Program-made: the position numbers and the translations under genes
Source of the DNA: Paraspadella gotoi
Lineage: Eukaryota > Animalia > Chaetognatha
Length of the DNA: 64,000 bases
NCBI GenBank assembly: GCA_051294375.1
Contig: CM119265.1
Location: forward strand, 26,764,694 to 26,828,693
Reading direction: 5' to 3'
Notes under the pieces: generated by a model
What the model was told of the DNA's origin: nothing
The model's input: only the letters and a program-made list of their open reading frames with translations
The model's database searches: none
In this document: in pieces, positions 15,591 through 28,584 of the stretch
Numbering within the stretch: position 1 is the first letter of the stretch
How the letters are laid out: every line of letters begins with the position of its first letter

Positions 15591-16575
15591 TAAACCCGAC
15601 CGAGAGAGATCAAATGCAAAGTTTAGCTCATTTTTTGAGAAAATGATGTGATTTTTTGTTTGTTTTTCTACCCGCCCACTTCATCCGCTCAACTCATTCG
15701 CTCAACGAAAAATACGAAAATGTCGGAGAAGTCGATGATTACAGAGAATCGACGTTAACCCGTTTAAAGTTAAATAAACAAACAAACAAACTGACAAACG
15801 ATCAAGAATTCACGTAGTTGTTTAACAGTTTTAGAGTAAGAGAGTTTTTTCTTTTTTTTATTTATTTATCCCTCTCTTTCATCTCTCTCTCTCTCTTAAT
15901 TTCGAATTTATCAACATAATAAATGAATAAAGAAATAATAATTAATAAATATTTGGAAAAAAAAACGTAAATTCCTAGAAAACTAAAGTTGAATAAAAAT
16001 TATTTTTTATTTAGTGATTCAAAACTTGACGTAAATCTCCCGGCTCGAAATCCCTCGAGAATTTCAGCATAAAAAAAAAATGCAAATGCTCAACAGCTGT
16101 TACATTCTCAGCTGCAATTGATACATTCTCAGCAGCTGGAGCTGCATTCTCAGCCGCGGGAGCTGCATTGTAAGCGGCAGCCGCTGCCCTCTATCGAAAA
16201 AAAAAAAAGATTTATCCGTTTTTAAATGTGGGGTGAGGCATTGAGTAAGGTCGAGGGTGAGAGATTAAGTCTTTTTCAGTCGAGTGTGACTCACCCCCAA
16301 TCGACGATCGACGATTAATCGGGTGAGTAACGTTTCCTTTTTTTATTCAACCTCTCCTACTTTTGACGGCGGCTGCTCTTTTGTTCAATTTTAAGTTTAA
16401 CATATATGTGTCGCGAATTTGGTCGCAAGTTCTTGAAGAATTTTAATAAAATATTCTTTTACATGGCATTCACAAAGGGTATATTTATATTTGATGAAAC
16501 TAGGTAGGTCAACTTCTTTGTCAAATAAATACGTTTTATGTCAGAAGACGATTACGAAGTAAATCGTTTAATCTG

Positions 16576-16639
<64 letters not shown>

Positions 16640-17557
16640 ACGACGACGACGACGACGACGAAAAAGATCAAAGACAAAAATGTGTGTCTCTGCAGAGATT
16701 GGAATAATAGAATGACAAGAAGATTAAGCAGAGCGAATTCCTTTGCAAAAAGTACAAAGGGATTGGATCCTTAATGTATTGGTGAAGATCACAGGTAGAG
16801 CCAAACTTTCGTCAATGGGGTGGTCAGAAGTTTGATTTGGGAAACCCTTTCCCAAATAAAACTTCCATAACATTTCTTGAGAATAAACTTTCAATGGAGC
16901 AAATTTTCTAAAATGGGCAAGAAGCATTAGTAATTAATTTTTTTTAATATTTTATTTGATAGATAGGATAGTTGCAGAAAAAAATTTTTTTTTAGATTTT
17001 TTTATTTTTTTAAAAGCAGAATTCAAATAGCTTTATTAAAAAGTTTACTCTACAACAAAGATAATTCTTTTTTCAAATATTTGATGATGAAGTGGGTTAA
17101 AATTGAGAAAAACCTTAAAAATCATCAATCATCATCAATTCAAAAGATTCCGATAATTTTAGCAGTTTCTTTTTAATTAATTTTTAGTAATAAAAATCAA
17201 AATTTAAAAAGTTGTAATTATATTTTTTGCTTAACTTTTTAAGCTCTATAAGAATCAATTAAAACTTAAAATAGGCCAAAAAAATTTTTAACTATTATAT
17301 AGCAATATAAATAATATTAATTAGCGAAATTAACTTCATGGTTCGGAACCATTTTCTGCAAAAAAAATATTTTAACTTTACAATATTAATACCAATTATG
17401 GATGAGGTTTAAATGCTGTTCCCATTGAAATCTGAATTTGGGGTCGGCTACCCGCTATCACAGGGCTTGTCTCTCATCTCTGTTCTGTCTCCTCTCTCTC
17501 TGTGTCTCTTCTCTCTCTGTCTCTGTCTCTCGTCTCTCTCGTCGTCTCCTCTCTCTG

Positions 17558-17640
<83 letters not shown>

Positions 17641-17815
17641 CTCTCTGTCCTTTCTGATTCACTCCGTAAATATGTGAAGCACCGCTGCTTTATTTGCAAC
17701 ATAATCAAATCTTTGAACATAACGTGATTTTAATCGGTGAGCGCGATTCAATTAGTGTGAATCAGTCGTTGTGATTCCCGCGGTGATTCGTTCACGGATT
17801 CCATCCATTCACTTC

Positions 17816-17900
<85 letters not shown>

Positions 17901-18116
17901 GAGAAATAGAGGAGGTAAAGAGAAAGGTATTTTTATTATGAATTGAGGTAAAGTTAGAAACGAGTAAGTAAATAACGACCTGAGGCTGAAGGGGAAAGGT
18001 CTGACGGCGTCATGGAAAGTCCGGAAAGAAAGGTAAGTACTTTCCAAAAAACTGATCCGGGATCGAGGTAGTTCCTTTAGCAGGTAAGGTCCCGAGAAAG
18101 AGAGAGAGAAAGAGAG

Positions 18117-18206
<90 letters not shown>

Positions 18207-19788
18207 GAAAGAGAAGTAAACGGCCATAAACGATGTTAATTTTCGTCTCTTCTTTTCGTGACGAAAAAATGAAAATCGATGATAAATGGACAGACTTTTT
18301 TTTCCACCTTATCTTTTTTTTTATTCCTGACCCCAAATCAAATAGGAAAAATATTTTGGCCTTTTTTTCCCAGACCTTCCCATTTTATCTTAAATTATAA
18401 ATTAAGTTAGAAATTAAGGATAAGACACAATGAAAAATGGCGTAACGTTACTGTTCCGCGCATAAAAAAAAATTCACTGTTCAATATTATTATAATTCTT
18501 TTTATTTTTTGAAACGTTATAGTTTCATATATTGATATCCAAAATATCAATGCAAAATCTTTTTTTGTTTTTTAGATATGACTGAGTATAGGATAAAAGA
18601 TGATAAATTTTTTAAAAAAGTTACTTATTCATATTTATTCATAAAACTCTAATAGAAAAAAATTTAAAAAAATAATAGTACTAATAGTTAGAGTTATGTC
18701 TCAAATAGATGGAAAAAAAACCTCATTTAAAAATTCGATCGGGAAGTGGGGTAACTAAGGCTTACCAATGGCATCCTCCACACCGATTGTTCTCTCAAAT
18801 ATTTTTTTTTTTTTAATACATTTGAAAGGGAAAAAAAGAAAATTTGGAATGCAGGTTGCAGAAAGGGTACAGATAATCTGGACTTATTGACATGATAACC
18901 ATGACCTTTTATATCCATTGGCTATTACGAAAAATATCTTTTCTTAATTAAAATGGATGATAAATAATAGAATTAAATTCTTTGCTATATTTAAAAAAAA
19001 TTATCAATACAATTTAACCCAATGATGTTTTGCTTTGTCAAATATGTTACCAGCTATATAATTTTTTACAACTTTATTATGATAAACAAGCAGTATGTCA
19101 AGCTTTTAGTTTGCAGTTAAATATAATGAAAAATGAAAATTTTTTTTTCACAGACAAGACGGTAGATGTCCAGACTGTTTATATCAAGCTGAAAACATTT
19201 TGCTATTTATCATTTTTAATATTTAAAAATACATTTTATCAAGCTACAACATAAATTTTTGCTTGTTTTTTACTTTAACTGAAAAATATAAGCAATTTTA
19301 TAGAATAAAAAAAAATTTAATAATAAACAAAATGTAATTCAGTCTTTCCTTTTTCAAATTACAAAAGAAAAAGAAAAAATTTTATATGCCTTCATTAAAT
19401 TTTTAAAGCAAAAAAACTGTATACTTTTAACTCTGATTTAACAAAAAGCTGTGTAAAGATTTATGGATTTAATTTAATAAAACTCTTTTAGAAAGGTGTC
19501 CCATGATTAGGGCTTTAATTTAATACCACATCCACCTTGCTACCTCTTTTCTTTCAAAAGTTTTTTTTTAAAAATATTTTTTTTTAAATTACGCAGTACA
19601 AATCTTTGTTAAATAAAAATTTTGGCAAATTTCTATTGGTACAATACTTAAATTTCAAAATAAAACTTGAAGAAAATTTTTTTGTCATTTAGAGACATAT
19701 CACTTTCAGATGTACCCATCGCTATAATAATTTATTTATCTATTCCCCCAAAAAAGCCTAATTAGAAAAGTTGAAATTTTTTCAAATT

Positions 19789-19980
19789 GTTGGGAAAAAA
19801 ATTTTGTCCGACCTATGCTCATGAGAATAATGGTTTTGCATAGAAAATCAAAATATCAAAAAAATAAAAAATCAGCCTCTAGAAAAATCGAAAGGCTAGA
19901 AGCTGATTTTTAAAATTGCAAAATTTTTTCCTGACTCATAATCCATTATTCTCAAGTTTCAAAATATTTTTTTCCAAAAT
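19789..19980. repeat. Degenerate inverted repeat (MITE-like relic)
   Basis: Pairs tgagaataatgg/ccattattctca and aaaaatcagcctctag/ctagaagctgattttt are symmetric about 19890. Confidence 0.6.
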
Positions 19981-21039
19981 CATTCAATCAATTTTTTTTT
20001 ATTAATTTAAAATATTTTTATGATGTTGTTTTTGTTGAAAGAATTGAAAAAAAGTGAAAAATATAGTAATTTATAAAGGTTTTTGGAAATATCTTTAAAA
20101 TATTAAATAATTAGACACAAGGGAGTAAGCAGAGAAAACTTCCCATTCATAAAAAAAATTGAAAATGAATTTGTCATATTGTTTTTAGATTAATTGACTA
20201 ATTACAAACAAATGATTCATATAAATTGAGGAAATGATGGGTAAAAAATATTCATCTTGGTTCTGGTTAACTATTAGGTTATCGTTAAAGTTTTGTTTTA
20301 ATAATATTAATATTATTTTTGCATTTATAAAAGCAATGGTCTAAAATTTTGTAAGCGTTTCGAGCTATATTGCTTCATCTTTTTTACTATTTTTGATCTA
20401 GTTAGCTTTTTGTTGATGGTCAAGGGTTATGGTCAGATACAGTAATGTCCAGTAGTGTATATCGCACATATTACCAAAAGTAATGATCATTAATTTGGCT
20501 CAGAAACATTTTTAAAGGGACAAAATCAGCACGAGAACCATTTCGCCACGTTATTTTTCATTGTGTCATAAGGATAAGGTCAGGAATTAGGTTAGTGATT
20601 AAGATGAGGGACTTACTATCTAGGAAAAAAGTATATCACATTTTTAAAAAAGGATATCTACTTTTTTGATTTAAAAAAACCAGAATGTTTCCAAATCTAA
20701 AATTTTCTTTTAATAGCTTTTTTCTATTTTTTTTAGAAGTTAGAGGCAAATAAAAAATGTCAAAAAAAAATCTGATTTAGTTTTCTACTATTTTTGGTAT
20801 TTAGTTATTTATTTTTATTTTGAATAGAGTTAGTTATTTTTTTTATTTTGGTAATTCTAAAGGCCTTGCATCTTTTTTTGGTTTAAAAAAGTGCTATTAT
20901 AGCTCTCAAAAAGAGGGAAAGATGCGCAATATTAACATCGAGGCTGAAAAAAATCGCGTTAAAGATGTGGAAAAATATTTCACTGTCATACCTCAATTTG
21001 CTGTATGAGAGCATGCCCAAATAAATACAGGCATTAGTC

Positions 21040-21125
21040 AGAGACGATCTCGCCCTAACAGAACTCTGAGTTGAGACGATCTCGCCCTAACAGAACTCTG
21101 AGTTGAGACGATCTCGCCCTAACAA
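21040..21125. repeat. 32-bp tandem repeat, about 2.7 copies
   Basis: Unit gagacgatctcgccctaacagaactctgagtt. Confidence 0.9.
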
Positions 21126-21432
21126 CACTTTGTATGTCGGTTAAGAGTGAGTTTTCCTTTACCAAGGCGACGAGTTTGTATTAATTCAGCATAAAAAAAC
21201 CAGACTTGGAAAATAATCATGAGCTGTGATATTCATGATGCGGTGAAGCTGGGTCGTCGTCGTCGTCGTCGTTGTCTCTTCTTTAGTGTTGTTGTCGATA
21301 AAATCAATTTGTAGGCGAATCTCCAAAAATAGTTGGACTCGTCATCCCAAAATACTAATATCAAGTCAGCAGGCTTCTCATGTTATTTCATGATAATCGG
21401 CGAGAGCGAGAGAGAGCGAGAGCGAGAGCGAG

Positions 21433-21471
<39 letters not shown>

Positions 21472-21608
21472 CTGTTTTTTCTAATTTCATGATAATTGCT
21501 TTTACACTTTTTCGCTTAAACGACAATTTGAAAAGATGGACGAAAGTTAGAGGAAATTGAAGATTTTTTTTTCAACACCTTTTCTCTGGAGAGACAGAGA
21601 GAAAGAGA

Positions 21609-21647
<39 letters not shown>

Positions 21648-22592
21648 TTCCACACCTCCTTCCGAGGAGAGAGAATTAATAATCTACTCCGGCTCAAAAC
21701 CATCTTGTCCGACGGGATTATTCGATCATTAATTAAAATGATCCTTTAAACTCCTCACATGCATAGTTAAAATTACACGGATAATTTTATATTTGTTGAA
21801 CCAATTTCATATCGTCAATCTAACGATTTCAGGAAGGAGTAAACAGTTCGAACGACAAGAAGAGCGATGGAGGGATAGCGTTTCTTACAATTTCTTTTAT
21901 TATTATTATTATTATATTTTATTATTATTATATTATTATTTTATTTTCTTCATAAAATTTGAAAAAAATTTAAACTATTTAAACACGTATTTCGTCTTGA
22001 AAGTCAGGAGTCGGCGGCTGAGGCTTCGAATTGAACAAATAGCAGAAAAATATGTAGATAAATTTGAGAACGACTATCAATGGGAGGATGAGACACAGAT
22101 ATGCGAAACAACGTTGATAATACCGCATAGCCGATTCGGTCTGGTATTTCGTAAAATTGATTAACAGAGAAGTCCAATGATAGATCTTACTGGTTTCAAG
22201 TCACGCTAACCTAAGCTATATTGTTTCACTTCGTTATTCTTCATTTTCCAAACTTGGATCTTTATGGGGGTGTGCAAAAACGTGATTCTGATAAAGTCTT
22301 GATTGAAAGCTTACTGGGACCTGCAATGTCATTATCTTGTGATGGAGGTCTTAAACGACCAAAGCCCGGGCATGTCTTTTATGAGATGATGTCATTGTTG
22401 TAGATATTGCATTATCCTTTTGTCGGTTTCTGCCCGGGCATGTCTTTCCCTTTATTTTGTAATATTTTTGCGGCATGCCTCATCATGCTCCTTTTCATGC
22501 TACAGAACGATGTTTTATGAGGGAATAGAGATTATTTCGCCGAAAAATTATTCCGTTCTTCGAGACAGTCCGTCTCAATCCATTCATTTAAT

Positions 22593-22711
22593 AAATAAGC
22601 TATCTTGCCCCTGACTTTGCACAGGCTTTGGTGGTTTAAGGCCTCCATCACTCTTACATGATAATGACACAGCAGGTCCCTGCAAGCTTTCAATCGAGAC
22701 TCTCTCACAGT
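22593..22711 (+). mobile_element. Dispersed repeat of about 115 bp (family A, SINE/MITE-like); best copy
   Basis: aaataagctatcttgcccctgactttgcacaggctttggtggtttaaggcctccatcactcttacatgataatgacacagcaggtccctgcaagctttcaatcgagactctctcacag. Related copies at 5221-5269(+), 13557-13665(-), 22294-22366(-), 24703-24777(+), 39089-39175(-). Confidence 0.8.
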
Positions 22712-23667
22712 TTTTTTTTCTTTTTTTCTTTTTCACCGAGAATTTCTCTTGCGTTGACCATGAGGATGTCCTCCTTTACTTCCGCCAACGCGAGGCTATT
22801 CAAGATGGCCGCTTCCATGAAAATAAGCCGGCGGGACGAGGTTGAGAGACGGGAAGCGATGGGCGATTGAGCAACGCGGGTTGAAGGCGAAACGCGTTAC
22901 GAGATTGGGACGAATGAATTGAAAAACTCGATGACTCGAAACCATGGCGTTTGAGTGTCGATCGGGAGAAGCTAATTTCGTGGATAATGTCATTATTAAT
23001 GATGATAATTATTAATGATTAATAATTATTAATAATGTCATTATTAATGATTGCGGTTAAACTTAAAATTAAAATGTATCCGAAGATAGAGATAGAAGAT
23101 ATATATATATAGAATCATAGATATCTAACCGCACGAAGTAAAAGGAAAATATTTTCAAATTTCACGATAAGACATAAAACATATCTACAATGGTGATTTT
23201 GAATAGCAAAAATTTGGTACTACATATTTACAGAACTTAAGTTAACCTCAATATCTAACTCACCCCTGACTAACTCTTTAAACTTAAGGATTTATCTAAT
23301 ATATCTAAAGCTGTAATTGGAATCGAAATGTCACAGATTTAACAAAACTTCACAAAAAAAAAGGATAAACATACATGATAACCTATTCTTTGATTTTCCG
23401 ACGCGGCCCTCTATCGCCGATAAATTATGCGCGATCTCGTTTGTGGGGCCGTATTGATCTAACACGTCACGCCTCCTGAGAGAAGAGCCAGGCGAAACTG
23501 GGGGGTGTAGAACGATAAAACTTCTCTTCTCTTCTCTTCTCTCTCTCTCCTCTCTCTCTCTCTCTCTTCTCCTCTCTCTCTTATTTCGTCAACCGATGAC
23601 TAATTGACTTCGAATGAATCAACGACCGGTGATTATTATTTAATCGTCGCCTTGCCTCTTTTTTAAC

Positions 23668-23732
<65 letters not shown>

Positions 23733-23739
23733 GGGGGAG

Positions 23740-23787
<48 letters not shown>

Positions 23788-24208
23788 TCTTTAAATTTTT
23801 ACTTCCTTTGCCCCAAATGGTCAAACGATCTGTCTTTAGTCACGTGTCAAATCAGTTTGGAATCGACAATGACAACCAGTGGCAACAAAGATGACATTGA
23901 ATGACATCAAGATGACAGTCAAAAACTAATGTGTGTTCCAATAGCGGGACCTGTCGTTCTTATACTTTTTTTTATACAAAATTTCAATAATTCTTTTTTC
24001 TTTCATCTGGATTTTTTTTTCATTAGTTTGTCTTTTTAGCTTTTATTATAGCATGTATTATTATTATTATTATTATTATTTTATCATTTTAGCATGTAGT
24101 AGATTTTAGCATTCTTAGATTAATTACAAAATAATTGCCTCTACCATTTACGCCCGCCCCTTGAAGATTTCACTTCAGGGGGAAAGAAGAAAAGAGAAGA
24201 TTGAAAGG

Positions 24209-24255
<47 letters not shown>

Positions 24256-25794
24256 AAACAGAATGCGTAACGAAGGGAAATCGATCGGTCATTCTTTCTC
24301 CTCACCAAAAAAGGCGGAGTCTACAAAAAACAAAGGATTCTGACTCGAACAAAATAGCATCGCGTCAAAACTCCTTTTTCTTCTCTCTCCCCGCCCGTGA
24401 TGCCGTAACCCGGGGGACGAAAATGAGGCGGGACGCGTCCGGGCCTTATTTTCCAAGAATGCTTCATTTCATCTTGAATTTTTATTTGCGCCGTGAGTAC
24501 TCGCAGAGCAACTCTATAAATCTTTTTTTGGTTGGTCGGTCGGTCGGACAGTATGTCTGTCCGTCAGTCTGTCCCACTTATGTTTAGGATTAAGATTAAA
24601 TATTAGGCTATAAAATTTGGGTCATATTTAAATTAAATATTAAGGTTCGTAAATATTAGGAAACTAATATAACTAATATAAACATTATCAATTTATTTAA
24701 TAAATAAACTATCTTGCCCCTGACTTTGGTCAGGCTTTAGTGGCCTCCAATCTTACAAGATTTAATAACATAGCAGGTTGTTGTATTTGATTTAAAAATA
24801 ATAATAAATTTTTTGAATAAAAATAAATATTTTTGGCTTATTGTTAGTCTTTATCAACTTGATTTGCGCTGATATTTGCTCACAATTAGTAAAACTATGT
24901 TCATTTTCATATAAAAGCATTATGTTGTTGTTGGCAACTATTAAAACATTATTATTTTGTTTTTAAATATTACGGTTAAAATTAAATTCCGGGACAGATG
25001 AACAGAAATGGAGCGCTTTGGGAAAATAGTGCACGTGCCCGGACACGCCGCCCCCTACCTCCCTAGGGGACTCCTTTCGATGTCCGAAGGGGACTGAGAG
25101 GGGCGGGGAGGAACTTGTGACGGAAAAGAAGAGAGAGATGGAATCGGGGTTGTGGTAGAAGAGGGGGGGCGGGAAACGAGTCGAAGTGGTAAGGTAGGAA
25201 GGTAAGGAAGGAGGATCCCGAATGAGGGTGGAAGTTGAATTTGACGGATCGAAGGACGCGAGAAGAATCTTTGAACATAACTCGTTTGGAGTGCAGAAAG
25301 GCGGGAAAAACAAAAGAGACGGAACAGATGACGGAATCCTGTTGGAGAGAGAGAGAGAGGGAGACGGGAGGAGAGGAACGAGAGAGAGAGGAGAGAGAGG
25401 AGTAAGAGAGAGAGAGAGAAAGAGAGAGAGGAGAAGAGTGAGAGGGAGAAAGAGGGGGAGAGAAANNNNNNNNNNNNNNNNNNNNNNNNNNNNNNNNNNN
25501 NNNNNNNNNNNNNNNNNNNNNNNNNNNNNNNNNNNNNNNNNNNNNNNNNNNNNNNNNNNNNNNNNNNNNNNNNNNNNNNNCGAAAATTATGTTGAATCCT
25601 GACAACAAAAAATCGTGGAAAGAAAAGAAAAAAACCGGAATCGAGTTATGATTTAATGGAGGAACATTTATCTTGAACTCACCTTCCTCCTTCGCCTCCC
25701 GCGACTTACCCTCGACGAAGAGGAATGCCTTACCTCCGTCGAAGAGTTAAGGACGTCTCCCCATGGAGATGACGAATGTCCTCACCATAAATCC

Positions 25795-25830
<36 letters not shown>

Positions 25831-27445
25831 TTTAAGCAACGAATCATCACTCAATTCGCGGCATTATTTTCCCAGAACGCCCAATTTCATTTTAAATTTG
25901 GAACTAAGTTAATTTTTTAAAATAAAAATTGGGTTAGAGGTTAATTTAAGGTTAGCGATTTGGTTAGTGATTTGGGTTAAGAATTAGGGTTTAGGGTTAG
26001 AGGTTTGGGTTAGAAAATAGGGATAATGATTAAGGATTAGGTTAAGGTTAAGGTTAAGGTTAAGGTTAAGGTTAAGAATTGGGTTATAAGGCTAAAAACA
26101 AATTTATAATAAATATTATGCTTTGTATCAAATTCTTTCGTTTCATTGTGTTTGAGATTATAAGAAATAACAAAATTTGTTAGCAACAACGATAATTTGT
26201 TTTTATTTGGTATATGTTTCAAATTTTTTTACAATTGCATGTTTTGTTATTTCTTCTAATATTTAGCTTTAAATTAAATTCTAGAATAAAGGAACAGAAA
26301 TAGGCACTCTTGGAAAATAGAGCCCAATTCGTTTCCCGTGTTCATCCCATATTTTACTTCTTTTTTTTTCACCACGCCTCCCACTGACCCCCTCGATCAA
26401 TGACCTTCCCACTGACCCTTAATTCCTGACACGGGGATCGAAAATTGAAGCGTAAACGGACGTCGAAGTAAATCAAGACTCGATTAGGAGTTTCACAGAG
26501 ATGGGGGGAAGAGGAGGAGAAGGAGGAGGAGGAGGAAGAGGAAGAGGATCCATTCATCTTGTCACAGTTTGAAGATGAGGCATGAGTGGTTCTTCATTTC
26601 ATTTGACAACGAAATGTGGTCAGATGAAGTAGTACTCTTAAATTCATAAATAAGACATGTAGGGAGATTAAATTTTTTGAAACCATTTTCTCATGTTTTA
26701 ACTTTGAAATAGCAAGAATAATTTTTAATAAATGTCAAAGGAGACTTTTGTCTTTTTTTTTGTAGTATTAGATAAAGAGAGTTTCAGTTTAATCCAATTC
26801 ATGACGCGAATACTTTAAAAGGTATTGACGGATTTAAGAAATTTCTTAATTTCTCTTTTTCCTTTCTGATCAAAATTAAAATTAGTGCGTTTTTGAACTT
26901 TTTTTTTAAAGAATAAAAAAGATTCTGGAAGATTAAACGATAATAAGCAGTTTCGAAAACGGTTTAATCTAAAAAATAAAAAAGAATAGAAGAGAATAGA
27001 AATTAAAGGCACTAACAAATTGTCGAAGACAAGAACAATTATTGAACAAGATCATTTGTCCAATTTAACGCGATAATTTGAAGGCGGCTTCGATTTTAAT
27101 CCAACACCGACTTTCGTCCCTTTTTCGCCTTTGGTCTCCCCAAAAAAAGTGGCCATCGTCTCTGTCTCTGTCGTCGTCTTTTCGTCATAGTCAGCACTAT
27201 CATCTTATCATCTTTGTCACAAGAACATTCGTAATCCGTCCTAAGACAAAGTTCGGCGTTTAAACCCGTAATCAACTTTTTTTTTTAAATGTAAACTTTA
27301 TGTACACGTTAATTAAAAAACGCCAAATGAAAGTTTATCAGTTTTTCAAAACGAAATCAATTTCCGGAAAATTTTTGGCGGCAAATAAATTTTCTTTGAT
27401 CTTTTCTAGTAATCGTTTAATGAAAAAAGAAATCCTCTTAATCTT

Positions 27446-27520
<75 letters not shown>

Positions 27521-28584
27521 ACCGTCAATTAGCTAGGTTTACTGTCGTTCCAATGACCAGTGAAACGTTAAGATTGAAAGAGTTATTGGTAATTCGGATA
27601 CAAATTCCGATCAATCGAAAAAAAAGAGAATGTCAAGTTGAGATAAAACCGATATACTAGGTTTGCCTTTTGTTCTCGAATTAACGAACATCCTTCATAA
27701 TTTTTTAAATAGATGTCGTTTGCTCCCGGGAAAATTCGAGGAACAAATGATCATTCCGAAACTGGAAGTAACAGTTAGTAATACTAATCAGCAATAAGTC
27801 ACGATTCTACTAGCACTGTTCATCCCTGGCACTAAATTATCCGAAATGAATTACTGAGACCAGTTAGCGTTTAAGGATGACATTTATTCACATGTCTTAA
27901 AAGCAAATCAAATGTCAGGGATTATACAACAGTTAGAAAGTATAGCATCACATCACATCAGCAATAAAATTCACCCGCTTGTTATTAGACATTTTTTAAG
28001 TCTTCATTTGGTTTCATTTTTTTTTTTTTGTTGCAATTCATTTTGGGTATTTGATTTTTAACAGGATTAGAGTTAAGGCCTTTTCTTTTAAATAATTTTT
28101 TTGTTTTTTTGAAAATTAAACTTTTTTTGTCAGTTATACATGAGAAGATGCAATTATGAATTCGTAGTTAATTTCAAATTCTCTGTTTAAAACGAGAGAT
28201 GTGAAGTATTTTTTTTGGTTTTAGATAAACACAATTCTTTTCTATTACATTCGCGACTAGTGTTAAATTTTTATAATGATTATGTACACATGTAATTCTA
28301 CGATGATCGAGCGACGAAAGGAAAATAATAAGAGTAATAATAAAATGATAATAATATAATAATAGGAGATAAAAATATCATTAAATATAACAACATATCA
28401 TTTTTTAATCATTTTTTTTTTCAACAAACTTCTACTAAGTAAAAGAAGGCTACCTATCGAATTTTTTGATTTGTCAAAAAAAAAAGAAGAAGTTAACACT
28501 CTTAAGTGTGCAGGAGGCTCCACTTGCTGAGAAGGTAAGGGAAGATGAGGAGCAATCCAAACTCTGATCCAATTGTGTTTCCTC

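Noticed and set aside
16724-21010. Possible gene in the AT-rich 16.7-21 kb region (short ORFs at 16724-16927 and 18727-18918)
   Set aside because: No recognisable domain and no consistent splice chain; probably decayed repeats.
22740-22993. GC-balanced segment with short ORFs on both strands
   Set aside because: No family similarity or convincing splice sites; left unassigned.
25930-26090. Telomere or interstitial telomeric array
   Set aside because: Mostly (GGTTAA)n and degenerate variants, short and internal; behaves as a simple repeat.
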